Position numbers and translations under genes: made by a program. From Antechinus flavipes (lineage: Eukaryota): 64,000 bases of DNA. The stretch is taken from NCBI RefSeq assembly GCF_016432865.1, contig NC_067402.1:278442001-278506000 (forward strand), read 5' to 3'. Shown here piece after piece: positions 48,891-61,539 of this stretch. The stretch's first letter is position 1; each line of letters starts with the position of its first letter. The notes beneath the pieces were generated by a model. That model was not told where the DNA came from, searched no databases, and worked only from the letters and a program-made list of their open reading frames with translations.

Positions 48891-51874
48891 AATGATTAGG
48901 GTTTCTTGGGGCAACACGATCTGTATGTTGTTTTTTTTTTAAACTAAATGACCAGCTCTGGACCTGTGTAAATTTAGCTTTGCAGTGAAAGTAGTAAATA
49001 GCTATCAAATGCATAAGTCAGTTTAAAAAGAGACATAAGTGGTCTCATGCAAAATATTTAAGGCATATTTTCTTATGTAAAACCATTTCAATCAGAACAA
49101 AACTCACTGAGTATCTCTTGTGGTTTTCCCTCAGTATCTAATCAGTTCTTAAGGAATCAAGTCACATAGCTTAGCCACAATTGTGAATGAGGTCAGAAAT
49201 TATTCATAGGATATGTCATTCAGACAGACTTGATTCTGTCTTTCTGAAAATGCAAATTCTCTTCATTATGCAACCCAAAATATAAAACCTGCCCTTTAAT
49301 GAACTTAAAATAAATTTCTAGAATAACTTTCCCAAGCTGGAGGAAAAGTGAAACCAATGGGATAATATAATTAAATGGTCAAAATAAGGCAAAATCATAT
49401 TTAAAAAAAAATCTTCTAGCAACTCCTTTTATCAAAACAACCCATCATATAACACAACACTATAATTAAGTTGATATAGATAAATCTATTTATGAAAAGA
49501 TGGAAGGAAATCATTTTATAAGATCATAGATTTATTGCTGGGCAAAACTTAAGAGGTTATTAAGTTCAAATACCCCGCTTTTTACAAACAAGGAAAATGA
49601 GTCTCAAAGAAGTTAAATTCTGTGCCTATGATCCCAATGTTAAAAAGAAACCAAAGCTGAATTTGCTGCCTTGGGGAGTAGGAATCTTCTATCCATCATA
49701 CACCACACTGCTTCTAATTTGTCACACTTAAGGTATATGAATCAAGATCAGCATATCCTATCATTTCTAAGACTGACATATTTCAAATATTTACATAATT
49801 TATTACTTTATAGATGAGAAAAACATCCAGAGGGGTGATGTTATTTCCCCAAAGTCTTTGGCAGCATCTAAACCTAAAGCCAAGCCAAGTCTCCTAGTCC
49901 CCAATCCAATGATCTTCCCATTCTTTCCCAAGCTGTGCTCTGTATGATGTTAAAGGAGCCATGAAATAAATTCTAGTGCTAAGGATATTTTCCCCTCCAA
50001 AAGATATAATATGTATTAATTAATACTTACTATGAGCAGTGATTTTTCATATGGCTTAATTCCAACTATTTGGCTGTCAAATTTCATCCATCCCTCCCAG
50101 ATCAGTATCTATGGCTTCTGTCAATATTTTTCAAGTCTCACAATGTTCTCTGGTCACATCAGTGTGACAGATACTGTGCCTCTGCTTATTTTTAGGGGAT
50201 TTCTCATCCCACACAATGCCTTCTCTTCTCCCTGTCCCTCTGAAGGCAATTTCCTTCTGCTTCGAGGAAGCAGAAGTCCTCCAAATTGCTGTTCTTTCTC
50301 TAGGAATATGATAGAGAGGCATCCACTCTCAGGACATATTCCACACTGAAGGTTATCTCAGGTAGATCTCTACAAAGGCTTCTGGGTGCTCTGCCACCAT
50401 CCACAGGAATAAAAGGGCATCCTCTTTTTATAAGTGGCCACGCCCCTGGGAGGCCGGGATTACCCCCCATTACTTTCCCGGCTGTGTCCCCTTAGCACAG
50501 CATGTGCATACCCAGTTTGGGTACAATCACTATGTTAACTACAGTTCAAGGGAATCCTGGAGTACAAACTATGGACAGATAGATGAACTGCATGTACACA
50601 GCCTCAGGTTACTCAACGACCTTGGCACTCTAGATTGTCTGTTTCACACCCCTTCCAATCATCATGCTCCTCCTCTGCCCGAATGCTGAGGCTCTGCCCG
50701 GACCAAGGCTGAGCTCTAACCTACCAGGGTGCAGGAAGGTGGGGCCTTCACACTCTCAATGCCAAGTTCAAGTTCAAATGTCTGCCCCTCAACCACACCC
50801 ACCCAGATTCAGCCAAATCCCATGCCCCTATCCCCAGGGTAGGCTACTCTGCATCTTCAGCATCACATGCTGGGCTCTCCTCTCTTTCTCAATAATGGAC
50901 CCAAAGGTACCTGGCTCTTGTCCCGACGCTGGGCTGCAGCATCACCAATTGGCCTGGATGACGAAAGTCTTTATTGACCTCCCAACTCTAAAAACGTACT
51001 TTTCATCAGACATTTCCTGTAACTATTGCTTTCCTTGACTCATTTGTGATTTACTACATCCATCCCAGTAAGGGGCCCTATTGATCCGCCAGACTTTGGA
51101 GAAGGGGAATTATTGTTCCAAGGGGAAATATAAGATACTCTTAATTCTTTTATATGTGAGTTTGTGTGTGTGTGTAAAATTTCTTGAAGCAGAAAGAGTT
51201 TTAAAAGGCCAATGTTAACTGCCTATACAAACATTTTCAGTCATGTAATTTCATTGAAAAATATTATGAAATGACAAATAAAGAAATATGTTTTAAAGAA
51301 CATATTTACACATATTTAACCTATATCAGATTGCCTGTTGTCTTGAAAAAGAGGGTAATGAAGGAAGAGAAAAATTGAGAACGCAGAATCTTACAAAAAT
51401 GAATGTTGAAAACTATCTTTACATGTATTGAAATTTTTTTAAAAGAAAAAAATACTAAAATTTACTATCCATTTAATATGAGGTTAAGTTTAATGTTTGC
51501 TACATCTATCTTCATGATTCATCAATAAACAGTTATTAAGTACCTCTTTTGTCAGGCACAGGGGCTCCAAATACAAATAAGGAAACAATCCCTACTCTCA
51601 CTGAGTTTATATACCAAATTAAAATATGCCTAGCTTTAAGTGATTTTTCAATTCTTTGTTCTACTCTGATCTTTGAGTCAGGAAGACCTAGCAGTGTAGT
51701 TGAATCCTATGTTAAATGCATCCTGGGTCTAGGAAAGCGGTCCTCAGACTTTTGTTCGCAATATCTTTATTCTATTAAAAATGAATGAGGATGAGGATCT
51801 GTCCAAAGAGTTTTTGTTTATGTGGTTTATAGTTATAGATATTGATCACATTAAAAATAAAAACTAATTATGAG

Positions 51875-51950
51875 TTTGTAGACTCTCTGAAAGGATTTCA
51901 GAGATTCCCAGGACTCTCTGGACCATACTTTGAGAACCATTGGTCTAGGG
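51875..51950 (+). mobile_element. hAT-Charlie MER5-like terminal fragment
   Basis: GGACCATACTTTGAGAACCATTGGTCTAG resembles the MER5 terminus. Confidence 0.5.
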
Positions 51951-53559
51951 CCCGGGATTAATTACTTAATTTCTCAAGACCCAGCCAACTCTCTAAATTG
52001 CAGGTCAGGTACTAATCTAATCTGTGTTGGGAAGAATGTTTCCTTGCTGGGAATCACCTATACCAGTGTAAACTCAAGGAGGAAAAATTAGTCTCAAACC
52101 ATATAAATTTAGAGTACTCAATGGTTTGCAAAGCATTTTTCCTGATATTAGTCATTTAAGGCAGGTAGTACATCCACACCTCTTTAGATTATTGATACTG
52201 CTGTTGTTAGTAGCAACTTATAGTTGAGCATAATTATATTTTAATCTATATTAAATATTTCTATCATCTTCCAAAATCAATGGGAATTTTAGAACTACAT
52301 TCTGTCTCAAATTGTTACTGTTCTTTTAACAGAATGGCATTCATTAGAACCAGAAGAAAATTACAAGATCCAGAGCTGAAACTGAGAGTTCACAAATCAA
52401 AGCCATAAGTTGGGGAATAGAGCATGTTTAATTGAAATAACAGAGTAGCAAAATTCCCCTCCTTTTCCAGGGATATCCCACCAGCCAACTAAAAGGGAAA
52501 AGCTCTTATGCTCTAGGAGAAGAGGGAAGGAAGAAGGATAAGACAGCAAGACCAGTTATAAAATCCCAGCTACCATAGGCAATCCCCTAAATGAAAACCA
52601 CAACATTCTGGCTGTTTTACCCATAAAAGGTAAAAGGAAGCCATGAATCCCTATGGAAGGGGTAAGGACATCAGAGGCTGCTTTCTGGCTCAAACTGGCT
52701 TCATTTACAATCAAAGGTCTTAGAGTGAGACAAGAAAAGGCTCAACCTCATAGACCTATCATAGACTATCTTAAGTGTGGGGATACTAAGGATGTCGCTG
52801 AAATTCTGACATTGTGAGGAAAATATTGAGACAGAACAGATATTAATATTGATGTTAACAATTTTCTGTCAGATCATTTTGTAAATGAGGAAGGAAACTG
52901 CCTTTGAGAGATGAAATGACCTGGCCAGCCAAGGGCACATCAGTAATATTATGAGAACACTAACCTTGCTATCAGGAGATCTGGATTCGATTGGGTTCAA
53001 ATATTGACTCCACATTTCCTGACACCAAATTCAATGTTCTTTCCACAATATTACACATAGTTTTATTTAGTATATAAAGATAATTGGACTTTAATTTTTT
53101 TTTAATTAGGGAAACCACGAGGAAGCTACCTTCAAGTTCCTATCCCCTAATACAATATCTAATCCATTTTAGAAAGAGACATACCATGTCTGGTTTTCAA
53201 TGAGCCTCTCGAGTATATTAGTCACTGCAAAAGCTGTTCTGCTCATTTGATTAAGCGTTGTGATATGAAGCATTACAGGTCAAGTTGGCCTCCCTGTAAT
53301 GCTTGATTTCTGGAATCTGTAAACTTCTAATCCTGAAGAGGCACAATTTGGCCCATACATCTGTATGGTAAGTCCTGACTACACAGCAAGGCACTGGAGT
53401 GTCCACAGGAAGGCCAGCTGAAAAAGTATAAGACCTGGGGGCCTTCTTCAGGCCAGGGCCAGAGCTGGGCCAGAGCATGGAGTCAGAGGCAACAGGTATT
53501 TTAAAATAGAAGCCAAGACTGGAGTTTGACTGGACGTGAGTTTGTTGTTATTGTTTTGC

Positions 53560-53689
53560 TAAGGCAATTGGGGTTAAGTGACTTGCCCAGGGTCACACAG
53601 CCAGAAAGTGTTAAGTGTCTGAGGCCACATTTAAACTCAGGTCCTCCTGTCTTCAGGGCTGGGGCTCTATCCACTGCCCAGCTGCCCCT
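53560..53689 (-). mobile_element. tRNA-derived SINE (WSINE1-like)
   Basis: GGGGTTAAGTGACTTGCCCAGGGTCACACAGC..CTATCCACTG..GCTGCCCCT. Confidence 0.88.
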
Positions 53690-54759
53690 TGAACGTAGAT
53701 TTTAAGAGAAAAGGAAGCATCCAAAATCATTACTTAGAAGTGACAAGGAGAACAGCAGTGCAAACGATGGGTTCAAATAAGTCCCCGGAAGAATTCTGTT
53801 TTGGAAAGACCAAGGTGTCAGCTGCAAACTGGGAAATCAAGAACAAGACAGAGGTTAGAGCTGTGACTGTTGATAGGAGTCATGTGTAGAGAAACCGTGA
53901 ATGAGAGGCCGAGGACAAAATGTAATGGGGAGAGAGAAGGGCAAAGAGCCTTGATGGTCACCCATACCCGGGGCAGAATGAGAAAGCCATCATGGAGCTT
54001 AGGATATATATTTATATATTTCATGTATATTAGTTACTGCAACAAAAGTCAATATATATGAAAGCCTGGGAAAGAACAGCCAGAGAGAGAGAACAGGAAA
54101 AGAAGCTTCATCATGAGAACCAAGACACAAGAATACCATGAGGGAGGCTTTAGCTAATACAAAACACCAATACAGTTCTAGGACTTAAAAAAAAATAAAA
54201 AAATAAAAATGTTATGAGAGAGAAATTTCCTGATGGAATGTTTTTAAAAGTTTCCACATTTTAAAGGGTGGAAAAAAGAAGGAAATGGAGAAAGTAACGT
54301 CATCTTCTGGACATTAAACCTTGGGACTTCCCATTAATCTTTATGACTATTTACACTCATTTGCTTTCACTGAGTCCAAAGTAGAAGATTAAGTAATACT
54401 GGAAAACGTTTCTCTTTCCCCTCAACTGTCCCCTCTTCATTGCCAGCTTTCCCCAAGCTTGTTTACACCTCTCTTATCTGGATCTGATAATCCACAAGGA
54501 CCTCACCCTCACCTGTGAGGCTCAAGAACTGGAGCCAGGCCAGCAAAGAGCTTATAGCCATTTGGAAAGGAAAGAAAGAATGAAAGAATGATTTTTTTTT
54601 TTTTTTTGGTGGTGGTGGTGGTGGAGGTGTTCTGTTTTTGTCTTTAGTAAATTTATTTATTTTTAATAGATTTAATAATAAAATTAAAATTTTTAAATAA
54701 AAAATAATTTTAATTACTTACTAAATCAGAACAAAAGGGAAACACCACAGAAGAAGAAG

Positions 54760-55125
54760 GAAAAAAAAAAAAAAAACAGAAAAGGAGAAGTGAATACAGC
54801 ATGAGTTGATTTCCATTGAATCTCCACAGTTCTTTTTGATGCAGATGGCATTTCCTGTCCAAAGTCTATTGGGATTGCTTTGAATCACCGAACCACTGAG
54901 AAGAACCACGTCTTTCACAGTTAATCATCACACAATCTTGCTGTTATCGTGTACAATGTTTTCCTGGTTCTGCTTGCTTTGCTCAGCATCAGTTCATGAA
55001 AATCTTTCCAATCCTTTCCAAAATCAGTTTGTTGATCATTTTTTATAGAACAATAATATTCCATTATCTTCATATACCACAGCTTATTCAACCATTCCCC
55101 ATTTGATGGGCATCTACTTATTTTC
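54760..55125 (-). mobile_element. L1 3' UTR fragment
   Basis: CCAAAGTCTATTGGGATTGC..ACAATGTTTTCCTGGTTCTGCTT..CCATTCCCCATTTGATGGGCATC. Confidence 0.85.
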
Positions 55126-55194
55126 CAATAGAAAGAATGATTCTAACACCAATATATTATAGACAACTGAAAGATGGGAATGAGGTAGCACATT

Positions 55195-55420
55195 ATATGG
55201 AATGCTGGCCTTGGAGTCAAGAAGACTCCTGTTTCATAGTTCAAAATATTGACAAACTGTGTGACTGTGGGCAAGTCACTTCACCCTGTTGGCCTCAATC
55301 TCCCCATCTGTAAAATGAGCTGGAAAAAGAAATGACAATCTACTACTCCAGTATTTTTGCTAAAAAAAATCCCAAATGAGGTCACAAGACTGAAACAACA
55401 ATAACAACAATGAAAGGATA
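55195..55420 (+). mobile_element. CORE-SINE Mar1-like
   Basis: Core CCCATCTGTAAAATGAGCTGGAAAAAGAAATG..CTCCAGTATTTTTGC..CCCAAATGAGGTCAC. Confidence 0.82.
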
Positions 55421-56419
55421 TAGCTAAATCAACATATAGAATAAGGTGACCTTTCTCTGGTGAACAATCTTTTTTTTTTTTTTTTGGAAAGAGTTGGGGA
55501 GGAGGGCCAGCTTTCTCCCCATCAAGTTCTTTCCAGCCCTTTATATTAACTTCCATGGATTCATGATGCCATATGGAGAAAGATTGAAGTGGGGAGAGCC
55601 TGGAGGCAGAATGCAGGGGAAAAGTGATAAAGACCTGAACTAGGGCAAGGGAAGCTTTGTGAGTGGATAGGAGGGGGTGCAAACAAGATATATTATAGAT
55701 TTGGATTATAGAATTGGATGTTTAGACTGAGGGAGAATATGGAGATGAGAATGGATGAAGATGAAGTATGTTTTCCTCAAACACAGGACCAGGCAAAACA
55801 CAAACTCTCCTATCTGGCACATAAAAGTCCTCCAAACCCTCACTTTCTACTTATTTTCTCCTCCCCCTTCCCATGGCTCTGGCTTCCTTGCTGGTTGTTC
55901 CCATGAGGCTCCATCTCCCACCTCTGTGCCTTTGCTTCCATGGCCTTCAAGCTCTGCCCCTGCAACTCTCTTCTCACCTCTACTTCCTAGCATCTTTAAT
56001 TCCCTCCAAAGCTCAGCTCACATGTTATTTTCTGTCTAGATTCTGTTCTCCAGCTCTTGGTACTTTCTTCCATCTCAAACTATCTTGTATTTGTGTGTTT
56101 ATTTTATATAAACTTTGGAAGGAAAACATCATCTACAGCCAGAGAGAGAAATATGGAGACTGATAAATCAAAATATGCTATGTTCACTTATTTTTTTCCT
56201 TTTCCTTCTGTTTTTTTTTTTTTCTCTCATGGTTTTTCCCTTTTGTTCTGATTTTTCTCCTCCAACATGATTCATAAGGAAATGTGTTAAAAACAACAAC
56301 AACAACAACAAATGTACAAGTATAACCAGAAAAAAAGTTCCATTTCAGGGCCCTAGCTCCCTTTGAAGTCCAACATAAAACCTTTTTTATTTCAATATAG
56401 AATTGTAATTTGTTTTGTT

Positions 56420-56990
56420 TGCAAGGCAACTGGAGTTAAATGACTTGTCCAGGATCACAGAACTAATTAAGTGTTAAGTGTCTGAGGCAGGATTTGAACT
56501 CAGATCCTCCTGAATCCAGGACCAGTGCTCTGTGCACTGATGAGCCCTGGCATTGTAATTTAATCAATATAATTACTCCTTCCCCACATCAGTATATAGT
56601 GACCTGTCTGCACCTTCTCATCCTGTCATATAAGGCCCATTTAGCTCATCCAGTCCACAACCTTCTGGACACCCTTTACCTGATGGATGTGCCAAGGAAC
56701 CTTCCTTGGGATTTCTTCTTGATGCTGTATGAATATCAATTTGTTGTTGAGTTACTTTAGTCACGTCCAACTTTTCCTGACCCCATTGTGGGTTTTCTTG
56801 ACAGAATATTGAGGTAGTTGGCCACTTCCTTCTCCAGTTCATTTTACAGATGAGGAAACTGAGACAAACAGTGAAGTCACTTGCCCAAGGTCACACAGCT
56901 AGGAAGTGTCTGAGGCCAAATCAAACCTCCTTACTAGGGGGATCCTGCTAACTCCAAGACCAGGACTCTCTCCACTGAACTACCTGGCTT
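56420..56990 (-). mobile_element. SINE (~56420-56550) and Mar1-like CORE-SINE (~56735-56990)
   Basis: Reverse-complement SINE bodies; ATTTTACAGATGAGGAAACTGAG core. Confidence 0.8.
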
Positions 56991-57319
56991 AGTAGAGCAC
57001 TCTTCTTCCACCTTCATGCTGCTCACCAGACTACGTGTGTTCCTGATCATCAATACCCCTGACATCCTCCTGTGCAGCCTACTTAGGTTCAACATGTATC
57101 TCCCCACTGCCTTTTTAAATGACTCACAACTTTAATTCTTTAGTGATCAAGGGAACAAATCAAATGTAAAGGCTATAACAGAATTCTAGGAGGCAGAAGT
57201 CATCCAGGACTGACATAAACACGGATTTGGAGTTGAGGGTCCTAAGATTCAATCCCCCCTCAAAAAAGATTCAGTCCCAGTTCCACAATTTAGGAGTGAT
57301 GTGATTTTGGGCAAAGTTT

Positions 57320-57750
57320 GAAGGGAGTATAGTGATAATCATAGTTCTCTATTTCTTCCTACAATTCCATTATCATTTCCTTTAAGTATTTAGAAGCTAT
57401 GCGTTTTGGTACGTGTGTATATATCTATGATTTAATATTAATTTGCTGTCTGTGGTATTTTAAATACATTGTGTTTCCTGTATTTCCCAACTCATCTCTT
57501 TTTATCATGTCTATATTTATAGTAGCCTTATTTGAAATTATAATTGCTATCTCTACATTTTTTAAGTTCAGGTGAAGCATAATAAAGTTTGCTCTAGTCC
57601 CTTATTTTAAAGAGAATCTTTATGCTTCAGTTGCATTTCTTCTTGTAAACTACTTATCACTGAATTTTGCTTTCTAATCTATTCTGCTATTTTCTTCTGT
57701 TTTATGGGTGAGTACATCCCACTCACATTCATGGTTATGACTGTTAACAG
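57320..57750 (-). mobile_element. Old L1 ORF2 endonuclease-domain fragment
   Basis: Minus frame LTVITMNVSGMYSPIKQKKIAE*IRKQNSVISSLQE resembles L1 EN (TLNVNGLNSPIKR..W..QE); also AIIISNK..IKRD. Confidence 0.8.
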
Positions 57751-58384
57751 TGAACTTCCCTCCATTCTGTACTCCTGTGCTATTTCCTCTCTTTTCCCCA
57801 ACTCCCTTATTCTTATTATAAATAAGAAATGTGTGTGTATGTGTGTGTGTGTATGCGTGCGTGTAATACTGGTGATATATAAAGTGAAAATCTATTTCTG
57901 CTCCATTACCCATCTTGTCTTTTTCCTGCTCTGCACCTGATTCTATTTTTTAATTCTTTTTTTCCTTTTAATCTCCCCTTAATCTATTTCCTCTCTAATT
58001 GTAGACTGTTTTGTTTTCAATTATTCCCTTACTTATTCTCATAACCTTCTCTCTCTCCCTTCTCTCTCCATCTTTTCCCTCATCTTTTTCTACTTCCCGT
58101 TTGAGGTTAATATAATTCTATACTGTGATTTTTGTATGTGTGCTGGGAGGCCCTATTTCTTCTAATACTCTGCTCTTCCCTTCTACTTCTACTTCCCTTT
58201 AGAGATTAATGTATTTCTGTACTGTGGTTTTTGTACATGTGCTGGGGGGCAGTGAGAGAGTAATTTGCATTCAACCTTCCTCTCTATGGTTCAGATCAAA
58301 GTAAGATTCATCCGAGTGCCTCTGCCTCTTTAGAATTCCATTCCTGAAGGCTTTCTATTTCTCCTGTGCAAACTTTTTCAGCTG

Positions 58385-58856
58385 AATTTCAGGCCATCAG
58401 TTCTGATGTTCTCGTGATGAAGAAAGCCATCTGCACCCAGAGAGAGGACTGTGGGAACTGAGTGTGGACCACAACATAGCATTTTTACTCTTTTTGTTGT
58501 TGTTTGCTTGCATTTTGTTTTCTTTCTCTTTTTTCCTTTTTTGATCTGATTTTTCTTATGCAGCACAATAATTGTAGAAATATGTATACAAGAATTGTGC
58601 ATGTTTAACATATATTGGATTACTTGCCATCTAGGGAGGGGGTCGGGTGAAGGGAAGGAATTTGGAACACAAGGTTTTGCAAGGGTCAATGTTGAAAAAT
58701 TATCCATGTATATGTTTTGAAAATAAAAAGTCTTAGGGGCAGTGGATAGAGCACCAGTCCTGAAGTCAGGAGGACCTGAGTTCAAATCTGGCCTCAGACA
58801 TTTAATACTTCCTAGTTGTAAGATCCTGGACAAGTCCCAATTGTCTCAGGAAAAAA

Positions 58857-58888
<32 letters not shown>

Positions 58889-59135
58889 GAAGAAAGAAGA
58901 AAAAGAGCCAAACCAAACCTCAGGATCATTGATTTAAACCTGAAGAGAACCTCCAAAGCCATCTCTTGAGACCAACTTCCCTCACTTTACAACTGGGGAA
59001 ATTGAGGCACCAAGTGGAAGAGTGATGCCCCCCCCCCCCGACCCCGGCGGGATGACTGACAGCAGAAACAAGAAAGAAAAAGAAAGAAGAAAAAGAAAAA
59101 AACAAAGAAAAGAAAAGATAAAGCTTTAATTAAAA
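58385..59135 (+). mobile_element. L1 3' end interrupted by a SINE (~58733-58900) plus a captured 170-bp segment
   Basis: L1 terminus AAAATAAAAAG.CTT is split and resumes as ATAAAGCTTTAATTAAAAA at ~59118. Confidence 0.85.
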
Positions 59136-59635
59136 ATTTAGAAAAAGAATTTCAGAGCATGAAATCCTGCTTCTCCTTCTCTAAATTGTTTGGAAATCTG
59201 CTCCCTTGAAACCTAATAAGCATATCAGCCTAAGTCCAGCTTTAGCCTCCCTCTCTAAAAAAAATTCTAAGCTAGAACAGTCACATCGAGGTTCCCATCA
59301 TTTATATCCCTGCAATGACTTCCTCCTTGTTCAGGAAACTCGGGTCCAGAATTAGGTTTGTCTCCCCAGAGTCTTTCATTTCTCGTACCCCCAGCACAGT
59401 GCCTGCAGAGAGATGCATTTGGCTGATATTCACTGGCTGAGATAAAACTGCTTCAGTACTTTAAAGTATGATTGGAGGGGTTATGGGGCCTCTCTCCCCA
59501 CAATGATGCAAACCACAAGATTTCTAAGAGAGTCAATGAGCTTCGAGAGCTGCTGTCACCAAAGAAATTATCCACCAGGCTGACTTGTAGGTCAATGAGC
59601 CTTTCAGAACTCAGGGTGATAGAGAACAGACTCAC

Positions 59636-59701
59636 CTTCCATAGTTGTATGAAGTGATGCAAAGAAATTAAGCAAAACCAAGGAAACAATTTACAAAATG
59701 A
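59636..59701 (-). other. Candidate 66-nt 5' UTR cassette exon
   Basis: Polypyrimidine tract CTTCCCCTTTCTTTTTCCTTTATGTTATTTTAG, upstream TTAAT branch-like motif, and a consensus donor AAG|GTGAGT. No transcript evidence available. Confidence 0.3.
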
Positions 59702-61226
59702 CTAAAATAACATAAAGGAAAAAGAAAGGGGAAGGTACAAGTATTATTAATCACCTGCTATGGGGTAAGTAAACATTGTGCAGATATTATCTCATTTCAA
59801 AATAGCACTGAAAGACAGCAGAATGCTAGCTAATCACTCCTTCAGACCGACAAGGACACGCGTGCCCTCCCCCTCTCAGTATGGAGGAATGAGGAAGACA
59901 CTGTCAGATAGGGCTAATCTGTTGACTGATCTTTTTTTATCGGACCACAAAGGACTGGTGTGTATTTTAGGGAGGGAGGAGCTGTTGAGAAGTAAAAAGG
60001 ATGTTTTTTAAAAGCCTCAATAAAGCACATTTAAAAAACAAAACTAATCCTAATCCAAATATACCACGTTCTATCTGGAAAAAAAATTAAAAGTGTGTTT
60101 TGGTCAAGTCATCGAACGCTCTTAAACGTGCACACTTCCACTGGCAGCCCTCAAAAACAATGCGGACTAGGGGCGGGGGACACTCATGGTGCTGTAGGAG
60201 AATCGAAGTTGGAGTTTTACTCTCTGGGACTAAATGCCAACTCTGGCTACTTCCTAGTCAGGTGAGCTCAGACATGCCCCTAAGCCACTAGGCCTCAGTC
60301 TCCCTAAGTGTAGAATGAGGGCTTGTTCTAGACAATCAATAAGCCTCCCCCCCAGCTACAAATTCTATGATTCTATTTCATAAAATAACAATTCTTAAGA
60401 TGATTCTATTGACATTCCAATTTATTTAACTTCCACAAAAAAGTGATATTGGCCTCCAGACAACATAAAAACCTGGATTTAAGCCTAAATATTGGAAAAT
60501 GATCACAGCGTATCAGGGAAATTGAATTTTGTTCTGGTTTCGGTAATAATGGAGTATTTGAAATTTCTATTTTTACTCCATTATAGTCAGCATGGCTCCA
60601 TGGCACTACACACTATTTCCTGACCACAAGACCACAGATTTGTAGATCTGGGTGGTATCTCAGAGGTCCCCCAACTCCACGTTTTTCATTTTACAAATGA
60701 AGATACCCGGGCTCAAAAGCTTTCAGTGATTAATCCCAGGTCACACAGGTATAAAGTGGCAGTGCTGAGAGCCAAACCAAACCCCAGAGTCACTGATTTA
60801 AACCTGGAGAGAACCTCCACATCCATCTCCTGAGACCAACTTCCCTCACTTTACAGTTGGGGAAACTGAGGCACCAAGTGGAAGAGCAATACCCCCCCCC
60901 AGGCGGGATGATTGACAGCAGAAACAAGACTCCATCATGAGTCCCCTTATTCTCAGGCTTCTCCTTGTGACGTTTGGTCCAGCCCAGATGCCCCTTCTCC
61001 TGACCCAGCTCACTTTCTGCACAGTGGCCCCAGCCCTCGGCAAAACCATGTTTTGAGAAAAATACTTTTTGTCCCTTACTCTCCAACTCTTATATTGCAA
61101 TCTCATGAAGTCATGGTTACTGTAATTCCATAATCATTTCCTGGACAACAAATCGGCATTATTAAATTCTTATTTGTAAGCTATATGGAGTAGACAGCAT
61201 GGGGTAGGTACCATGGAAAGAATAAT

Positions 61227-61468
61227 GCGGGGGCGGGGGGGGGGGGACAGCTAGTGGTGCAATAGATAGAGCACCAGCCCTGAAATCAGGAGGACATGAG
61301 TTCAAATCTGGCCTCAGACACTTAACACTTCCTGGCTATGTGACTCTGGGCAAGTCACTTAACCCCAATTCTCTCCTCCTTTTCCTCCTTTTCATCCTCC
61401 TTTTCCTCCTTTCCCTCCTCCTCCTCCTCTTCCTCTGCCCAAAATAAATAAATAAATAAAAAGCTAGA
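61227..61468 (+). mobile_element. SINE with G-run head, (TCC)n/(TAAA)n tail and 12-bp TSD
   Basis: Perfect TSD GGAAAGAATAAT at 61215-61226 and 61469-61480. Confidence 0.92.
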
Positions 61469-61539
61469 GGAAAGAATAATACAGTGAAGTCAGAAGGCAT
61501 GGAACCATAAAACATTTGTGATTAAGTCAAAGACAGATG

